Assembly: GCA_021791195.1 (NCBI GenBank)
Contig: JAJYXB010000022.1
Location: 4,063 to 68,062 of the forward strand
From: Actinomycetes bacterium
GTDB lineage: Bacteria; Actinomycetota; Thermoleophilia; BMS3ABIN01
DNA: 64,000 nucleotides
Direction of reading: 5' to 3'
The notes under the pieces are model-generated. The model searched no databases. It was not told the DNA's origin and saw only the letters and a list, made by a program, of their open reading frames with translations. The position numbers were made by a program, and so were the translations under genes. The stretch's first letter is position 1. Each line of letters begins with the position of its first letter. Of this stretch, positions 58,367 to 64,000 are shown piece after piece.

Positions 58367-59566
58367 TCAGACGAGTTCCGGATCGCCGCTTATGAATTTT
58401 TGCATCAGTTCCCAGCCGCGCTCCATCCTGAAACCCCAGCGAGCCGCGCTTTCCTCGTCGAACGTCTGTCCGGGGGTTTCCGGCAGGCCCGGCCGGTATA
58501 TCAGGAACGGGACCGGCTCGCCGGTATGGGTTCTGATCTCGACCGGCGTGGCATGGTCGGGCAGCACCATTATCCGGTAATCCGGGCCGGCTGGCATCTC
58601 GTTTAGCAGTGTACCCACCAGATCCTGGTCGAACCGCTCGATTGCCCTGACCTTCTCTTCGGCGCTGCCCATATGCGCCGCCTCATCAGGGGCTTCCACA
58701 TGTACGTAGACGAAATCCTTGCGCTCCAGCGCCACCAGCGCATGCAGGGCTTTGGCGCGGTAATCGGTGTCGAGATAGCCGGTGGCGCCGGGCACGTCGA
58801 CAACTTCGAGGCCGGCGTAGATGCCCAGCCCCTTCACCAGGTCGACCGCCGAGATCACAGAGCCCGTCAGCCCGAAACGGGACTGGAAGTCGGGCATCCG
58901 CGGTGCCGTTCCCTGGCCCCAAAGCCAGATCATGTTGGCGGGCGCCTTGCCCTGGCCGAGGCGCTCCCGGTTGACCGGATGGTCCGCGAGGATCGCCGTG
59001 GAGGCTTCCATCAGGCCGCGCAGCCAGTCGCTTTCGTCGCCGCGGGGAAGGTGCCCGGCGACCGGCTGGCCGCTGATGTCGTGTGGCGGCGTGCACTCGG
59101 CCTTCAGCCCTCTTCCTTTCGTCACCATGATGTGCCGGTAGCTGAGACCGGGAAAGAACCCGGCGCCGGCGCCGCGCAGCCCATCGTTAAGCGCGCCGAT
59201 CAGCTCTCTGGCCTGCCCGGTGCCGATATGTCCGGCGGAAAAATCGCGCATGACGCCGTCTTCGACGTGGACCAGATTGCAGCGGAAGGCAACGTCCTCA
59301 GCAGCGAGCTTAATACCGAGGCTGGCCGCTTCCAGCGGCGCCCGGCCCGTGTAATAAAGGTGAGGATCGTAGCCGAGCACGCAGAGGTTGGCCACGTCGC
59401 TGCCGGGCGGGAATCCTTCGGGCACGGTGCGCACCAGCCCGACTTTGCCAAAGCGGGCCAGGCGGTCCAGGTTGGGGGTGGAGGCCGCCTGCAGCGCGGT
59501 CTTGCCGCCCAGATCTCCGCGGGTGTGGTCGGCGCTGCCGTCCGGGATAAGGACCAAAAATTTCAT
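58367..59566 (-). CDS. ApgM-family cofactor-independent phosphoglycerate-mutase-like protein (proposed homoserine kinase type)
   Basis: MKFLVLIPDG.AD...TPNLD.LA..G..G...TVPEG..PGSDVANL.VLGYDP, ~399 aa. It is the last gene of the hom-thrC operon, 4 nt after thrC. Confidence 0.85.
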   Translation of the reverse strand: MKFLVLIPDGSADHTRGDLGGKTALQAASTPNLDRLARFGKVGLVRTVPEGFPPGSDVANLCVLGYDPHLYYTGRAPLEAASLGIKLAAEDVAFRCNLVHVEDGVMRDFSAGHIGTGQARELIGALNDGLRGAGAGFFPGLSYRHIMVTKGRGLKAECTPPHDISGQPVAGHLPRGDESDWLRGLMEASTAILADHPVNRERLGQGKAPANMIWLWGQGTAPRMPDFQSRFGLTGSVISAVDLVKGLGIYAGLEVVDVPGATGYLDTDYRAKALHALVALERKDFVYVHVEAPDEAAHMGSAEEKVRAIERFDQDLVGTLLNEMPAGPDYRIMVLPDHATPVEIRTHTGEPVPFLIYRPGLPETPGQTFDEESAARWGFRMERGWELMQKFISGDPELV

Positions 59567-59569
59567 ATT

Positions 59570-60634
59570 TCAGGCTTTCAGGCCCAGCGCCTTGACCACG
59601 CTGGCCAGGTCGGCCTCCACACGCGTCATCTCGCGGCCGGTGGAGATGGCCGTGTCCGGATCCTTGAGGCCGTGGCCGGTGAGCACGCAGACGACTCTGG
59701 CGCCGTCTTCCAGCCGGCCCGCATGGCGGGATTTGATGACGCCGGCCAGGCTGGCGGCTGAAGCAGGCTCGCAGAAGGTGCCCTCGGCGCTGGCGACCAG
59801 ATGGTAGGCGTCAATGATCTCCTGATCGGTGACGGAGTCGATGAAGCCGCCCGATCTGTCGGCGGCGGCCAGGGCCTCGCTGCCGCGGGCAGGCTTGCCG
59901 ATCCGGATGGCGGTGGCGACGGTCTCCGGATTCTCGACCGGATGCCCCACTACCAGCGGCGCCGCTCCCTCGGCCTGGAAGCCGATCATGCGGGGCAGCC
60001 TGGCATTGTTGCCGGCTTGCCGGTATTCGTTGAAGCCCTTCCAGTAAGCAGTGATGTTGCCGGCGTTGCCGACCGGGATGGCGAGATAGTCCGGCGCTTC
60101 TCCCAGGCTGTCAACGACCTCGAAGGCGCCGGTCTTCTGTCCCTCGAGCCGGTAAGGGTTGATCGAGTTGACCAGCTGCACCGGGAATCTGGCCACGATT
60201 TCGCGGACGATGTTAAGCGCCTGGTCGAAGTTGCCCGCCACGGACAGCACTTCGGCGCCGTGCGTGACCGCCTGCGCCAGTTTGCCGGCGGCGATCTTGC
60301 CCTCGGGGATGATGACGATGCAGCGGATGCCGGCGCGGCCGGCGTAGGCCGCCGCCGCGGCGGAGGTGTTGCCGGTCGAGGCGCAGATGACCGCGGTGGC
60401 GCCTTCCTCCAGTCCCTTGGAAACAGCCATCGTCATGCCGCGGTCCTTGAAGCTGCCGGTAGGGTTCAGCCCTTCAAGCTTCAGATGGATGTCAAGCCCC
60501 AGCTGCGCGCTCAGGCGCGGCGCCGGGATCAGAGGCGTACTGCCCTCCGCCAGGCTCACCACCGGCGTGGCGCCGCTGACAGGCAGAAAGCGCTCATATC
60601 TTTTGATCAATGGCAGATCCCTGTTATTCATCAT
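59570..60634 (-). CDS. thrC: threonine synthase
   Basis: GSTPLI...[17 protein letters not shown] (PLP lysine) and [11 protein letters not shown]. Confidence 0.94.
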   Translation of the reverse strand: MMNNRDLPLIKRYERFLPVSGATPVVSLAEGSTPLIPAPRLSAQLGLDIHLKLEGLNPTGSFKDRGMTMAVSKGLEEGATAVICASTGNTSAAAAAYAGRAGIRCIVIIPEGKIAAGKLAQAVTHGAEVLSVAGNFDQALNIVREIVARFPVQLVNSINPYRLEGQKTGAFEVVDSLGEAPDYLAIPVGNAGNITAYWKGFNEYRQAGNNARLPRMIGFQAEGAAPLVVGHPVENPETVATAIRIGKPARGSEALAAADRSGGFIDSVTDQEIIDAYHLVASAEGTFCEPASAASLAGVIKSRHAGRLEDGARVVCVLTGHGLKDPDTAISTGREMTRVEADLASVVKALGLKA

Positions 60635-61928
60635 CTTTTCCTTCGACCCGGATCGGCCTGGGCGCAGACCTCACCACTTTCAGGCCTCCGATCTGCTCGA
60701 TGGCGGCGGCGAAGCTGGCCTCGCGCACCGGATGAAAGACCATCACCAGTTCGGCGCGGGCGCCGCGTCCCTTCTGGAGCACGCTCTGGATGCTGACCTC
60801 GTGCTCACCGAACACTCGGGCGATGGCCCCTAGCACACCCGGTTCATCTTCCACCTCAAGCCGCAGGTAGAAGGACGAGACGACATCATCGTCGGGGTAG
60901 AAGTCGCGATCGCTGTAGGCGACCGGGTATTCGAGAAATCCAGGCGCGCCGCGCCGGGCCACCACGGAAATGATGTCGCTTACTACCGCTGAAGCCGTTT
61001 CCCGGCCGCCCGCGCCCGGACCGGAGAGCATGATCTCGTCGATGGCGGTGCCCTTCAGGAAGACGGCGTTGTAGGCGCCGCTCACCGAGGCCAGCGGGTG
61101 ATCCATTTTAAGCAGCGCCGGATAGACGCGCACGTTGATCTTGTCCTGATAGAGTTTCGCCACGCCCAGCAGCTTCACCGTAAAGCCGAGCTCGCGCGCA
61201 TAAGCAATGTCCAGCGAGCTGACGTCTTCGATTCCGGTGCAGGTGACGTCGTCCAGTCCGACGCCGGTGTGGAAGGCGATCGACGCCAGGATGGCCATCT
61301 TGGCGGCGGCATCCTTGCCGCTGATGTCAGCGGTGGGATCGGCTTCGGCGTAGCCCCATTCCTGAGCCCGCGCCAGCGCGTCGGCGTACCTGGCGCCGGT
61401 GCGGTTCATCTCGGTGAGGATGTAGTTGGTGGTGCCGTTGACGATGCCGTAGACGCTCTTCAGGTCGGCGGCCACCATCGATTCGCGCAATACCTTGATT
61501 ACGGGAATGGCGCCGGCGACGCTGGCTTCGAATCTGATCTGTGATTTTTTCTGGCGGGCGAGCTGGAAGAGGTAAAAGCCCTGCTGGGACAGGAGCTGCT
61601 TGTTGGCGGTGACGACGGCCTTGCCGTTTTCCAGCGCGGCGGTGACGTAATCGAAAGCGGGCTCGGTGCCGCCGATCAGCTCGACGACGATCGAGATCCC
61701 GGGGTCGCCCAGGATGTCTTCGAAATTATCGGTGAACTTGTCTGGGGAGGCTCCCGCCCGGGGGACGGACGGCTCGCGCACCAGGATCTTCTTGATGGAG
61801 ATGGCGGCGCCGGTGGCCTTCTCGATCTCGTCCGCCTGCTGCTCCAGCAGGGAGTGTACGTTAGAGCCCACAGTGCCGTAGCCAAGCAGGCCGATGTGAA
61901 TTTTTTCCGGACCGGATGAAGCCGCCAA
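60624..61928 (-). CDS. hom: homoserine dehydrogenase
   Basis: [13 protein letters not shown], ...[11 protein letters not shown]..., a C-terminal ACT domain and a TTG start. It overlaps thrC by 11 nt. Confidence 0.93.
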   Translation of the reverse strand: MAASSGPEKIHIGLLGYGTVGSNVHSLLEQQADEIEKATGAAISIKKILVREPSVPRAGASPDKFTDNFEDILGDPGISIVVELIGGTEPAFDYVTAALENGKAVVTANKQLLSQQGFYLFQLARQKKSQIRFEASVAGAIPVIKVLRESMVAADLKSVYGIVNGTTNYILTEMNRTGARYADALARAQEWGYAEADPTADISGKDAAAKMAILASIAFHTGVGLDDVTCTGIEDVSSLDIAYARELGFTVKLLGVAKLYQDKINVRVYPALLKMDHPLASVSGAYNAVFLKGTAIDEIMLSGPGAGGRETASAVVSDIISVVARRGAPGFLEYPVAYSDRDFYPDDDVVSSFYLRLEVEDEPGVLGAIARVFGEHEVSIQSVLQKGRGARAELVMVFHPVREASFAAAIEQIGGLKVVRSAPRPIRVEGKDDE

Positions 61929-62071
61929 AGCGCTCCTGACCTTAAATCATGCGGTTTATCAATTGAGTTGGCGCCGTCCGGCTGCGCAGAGGACAGCCGC
62001 GGTGAAGCCGACGCTAAATCTTATCAGGTGAGCGGAGCGGTGGGAAGCAGCAGGACTGGTAATTGCCCCGG

Positions 62072-63280
62072 CTAGAGGCGGCAGGCGCCGGCGTAGTTGC
62101 CGCCGGTGCCGAAGCTGGTGATGGAGACCACCATCCCCGGCTGCGGCGCGTGGATCATGCGGCCGCCACCGATATAGATGCCCACGTGGCTGATCGGCTG
62201 GTTGAAGAAGACCAGGTCGCCCGGTTGCAGCTCCGAAGCGCTGATCGGCGTCCCGGAATAATATTGCGCCGCCGCGGAGTGCGGCAGGTAGATGCCGAGC
62301 TGCGCGTAGACGTACTGTACCAGGCCGGAGCAGTCAAAACCGCTGGGGTCGGCGCCGGCCCAAACATAGGGAACGCCGAGATACTTTTCCGCGATGGCGA
62401 CGGCGCCGCCGGTCGGTGGCGGCAGCGGAGCGGGAGCCGGCCCGGGGCTGGGAGCCGGCCCCGGTTGGGGCGCTGGTGCGGGCACAACTGGCGCCGGCGA
62501 TGGCGGTGGCGCCGGATCAGTCTGCGGCGAAGCCGGCGTGCTGTCCGGGGCGGCTGCAGCTGCAGGCGCCTGCCATTGCTGCTGTTCCTGCTGCGCCACC
62601 ATCTGCGCGATATCGCCCTGGACGCCGGCGAGCACCGCCTGGCGCTGGCTCAGCTGCGACTCGATCTGCGCCTTCTGGGAAGCGACGTCATCAAGCAGTT
62701 TTTCCTGCCTTTGTCTTGTCTGGTCCAGGTCAGTCCGGGCGTCTTGAACCCGAGCCTTATATTTGCTGACTGCTTCCAGGTCGGAGCGGTCCTGGTCGCC
62801 GATCTTTCCCAGCAGGTCGACCCGGGTGATCAGGTCGTTGAAACTGCCGGTGCTGAGCATGACGTCCAGGAGGCTGAGTCTGCCGTCGCGGTAGATGTTG
62901 CTCAGCCTCATGTCCAGGCGGTCCTGAGCCTGCTTGAGCTGGGCGGTGGCGTCGGCGAGCGCCTTCTCGTTCTCGCTGATGCGCTGTCTGGTGCTGCCGA
63001 GCTCGTCATTGGCCTGATTGTATTTTTCAATCGCCTGCTCGGCGTTCTGGTTTATCGATGCGATCTGGGCCTCGATGCTGGCTGCCTGGGCCTGCTTGGA
63101 AACCAGGTCGCCGGACTCGGCCAGCGCCGGCGCGATCGACAAGGCGGTGACAAGGATCAGCAACGTCACGGCAAGAGCCGCAGCCATCCCGGCGGCGGCC
63201 ACGCGGCGCAGGTTCCCGCCCAGCTTATTGCCCTTTATATTGCCCGTCTTCCCGCCCGTCCTTCTGCTGGTATATCTCAA
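62072..63280 (-). CDS. secreted NlpC/P60 (C40) peptidoglycan hydrolase with N-terminal coiled coil and Pro/Ala-rich linker
   Basis: The C-terminus has YVWAGADPSGFDCSGLVQYVY...HVGIYIGGGRMIHAP. The coiled coil resembles RipA/CwlO-type proteins. TTG start behind AGGGA. Confidence 0.9.
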   Translation of the reverse strand: MRYTSRRTGGKTGNIKGNKLGGNLRRVAAAGMAAALAVTLLILVTALSIAPALAESGDLVSKQAQAASIEAQIASINQNAEQAIEKYNQANDELGSTRQRISENEKALADATAQLKQAQDRLDMRLSNIYRDGRLSLLDVMLSTGSFNDLITRVDLLGKIGDQDRSDLEAVSKYKARVQDARTDLDQTRQRQEKLLDDVASQKAQIESQLSQRQAVLAGVQGDIAQMVAQQEQQQWQAPAAAAAPDSTPASPQTDPAPPPSPAPVVPAPAPQPGPAPSPGPAPAPLPPPTGGAVAIAEKYLGVPYVWAGADPSGFDCSGLVQYVYAQLGIYLPHSAAAQYYSGTPISASELQPGDLVFFNQPISHVGIYIGGGRMIHAPQPGMVVSITSFGTGGNYAGACRL

Positions 63281-63514
63281 CGATAATTCCCTGGAACCGG
63301 TTGTTTGTGCCCGCGGACCGGGCTTCTGCCTTGCCTGTCGGCCGCCGGCTGTCCCGGCAATAAACTGCTTCCACCCGGAGCATCAAACCCCTTTAAATTA
63401 AACCCGGGACCATCGCCGCCATGCCCGCCCACAAAAAAGAGCGTCCGCAGCTCAAGCTATTTGTCTGAAAACCGATGAAACCCCTGGAATTCCAAACACC
63501 TTTCAGGGGCAGTC

Positions 63515-64000
63515 ATGGTAGCTTTCCTGGCACGAAACAGAGCTATGCGTTACGGGATCATCGGTGCCTTCTTCGGCTTTGGCTACGCTTTCTTCGCGGT
63601 GACGCTGGATAGTGCGCTAGGCACCGGCTTTGAATCCCTCCACTTGCTGCTGGCGCCGGTCCTTCTGGGGACGCTGGCGCTTATCATCGGCCGCGAGGAA
63701 GACCGGATCCGCAGCCAGGCGAAGCTGCTGGACGATGCGCGCGAGCGCTTTTCCATGCTGACCCATGCCGCGATCACCGAGCGCGACTGGACCGTGAGCT
63801 TCCATGATCCTGCCATCCCCACCTGCTGGGAAGTCAAGCATTGCCAGCAGTCTGACTGCCCTTCGTACGGCAAGCAGCATGTGCGTTGTTGGCTGATTGC
63901 CGGGACGTTCTGCCGGGGCGATGTCCAGGGCCGTTTCGCACAGAAGCTGGGCAACTGCGCCAAATGCGACGTGTATCAGGAGGCCGTCAAACGCGATCCG
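63515..64000 (+). CDS. membrane-anchored Cys-rich (CW...C...CP...CW...C...CxxC) sensor protein, N-terminal part (3' end outside window)
   Basis: This ORF is not in the ORF track because it lacks a stop. The ATG at 63515 opens a frame to base 64000: MVAFLARNRAMRYGIIGAFFGFGYAFFAV...PTCWEVKHCQQSDCPSYGKQHVRCWLIAGTFCRGDVQGRFAQKLGNCAKCDVYQ. Confidence 0.65.
   Translation, partial: MVAFLARNRAMRYGIIGAFFGFGYAFFAVTLDSALGTGFESLHLLLAPVLLGTLALIIGREEDRIRSQAKLLDDARERFSMLTHAAITERDWTVSFHDPAIPTCWEVKHCQQSDCPSYGKQHVRCWLIAGTFCRGDVQGRFAQKLGNCAKCDVYQEAVKRDP

Noticed and set aside
62390-62570. GC-rich, quasi-repetitive CCGG/GCGC-rich DNA considered as a tandem-repeat or CRISPR-like array.
   Set aside because: It encodes the Pro/Ala-rich linker (PAPAPQPGPAPSPGPAPAP) of the NlpC/P60 protein. 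There is no regular repeat-spacer periodicity.
63281-63514. ydaO-type c-di-AMP riboswitch upstream of the NlpC/P60 gene.
   Set aside because: The hallmark blocks I remember from ydaO (GGGGACCCA, GGGGUGAAUCC, CCGUCAGCUAACCUCGUAAGCG) are absent. Only a vague CCGACAGGCAAGG resemblance exists.

Overview
The window has two parts with clearly different base composition.

(A) Bases 1 to ~12,000 are AT-rich (by eye roughly 40% GC). This looks like an accessory or defence island that is cut by the left window edge. It contains:
- the 3' part of a TraG/VirD4/HerA-type NTPase gene;
- two co-oriented genes of unknown family;
- an EcoRII-family restriction endonuclease / Vsr / Dcm operon, in which the methyltransferase carries a ribbon-helix-helix-like N-terminus;
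- an 880-aa AAA_13 (RloC/PrrC-like) ABC ATPase with a coiled-coil CxxC zinc hook;
- a protein with about six transmembrane helices;
- a class-II Fic protein with an AbiEi-like N-terminal domain, bracketed by ~176-bp direct repeats and preceded by three phased 16-bp iterons.

(B) Bases ~12,060 to 64,000 are GC-rich (roughly two thirds GC). This looks like core chromosome of a Gram-positive-like, possibly Actinomycetota-like organism; the taxonomy is not certain. In order, it contains:
- a secreted CAP/Ig/4x-repeat protein, rel, recJ, a NifU-like protein, an EF-G paralog, mutM, a beta-propeller lipoprotein and a zinc-ribbon protein;
- groES-groEL with a sigma70-like promoter and a CIRCE operator;
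- a MoeA-like protein, a YbdK-type ligase, lysA, hpt, two thiol-redox proteins, tpiA-gpmI-secG and aroE;
- a ~13-kb type IV pilus cluster: pilB-pilT-pilC, a SigB/F-type sigma factor, the major pilin, five further prepilin-like genes and two PilX-like genes;
- a cyclase/formamidase, a GDE-family glucosidase, a radical SAM protein, an IlvD/Edd dehydratase and a PAS-GAF-PAS-GAF sensor;
- a hom-thrC-(ApgM-like) threonine operon, an NlpC/P60 hydrolase and the start of a Cys-rich sensor gene.

Best-supported new observation: a c-di-GMP-I (GEMM-I) riboswitch plus an intrinsic terminator lies in the leader of the major pilin gene. The PilB N-terminus also carries tandem MshEN-type c-di-GMP-binding motifs.

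Best candidates for undescribed systems are in the island: the RloC-like ATPase with or without its membrane neighbour, the two unknown genes behind the R-M operon, and the AbiEi-Fic fusion with its iterons and flanking repeats.

I recognised no rRNA, tRNA, CRISPR array, integrase or transposase. Start codons in the GC-rich part are partly my re-calls based on RBS position and are less certain than stop positions.
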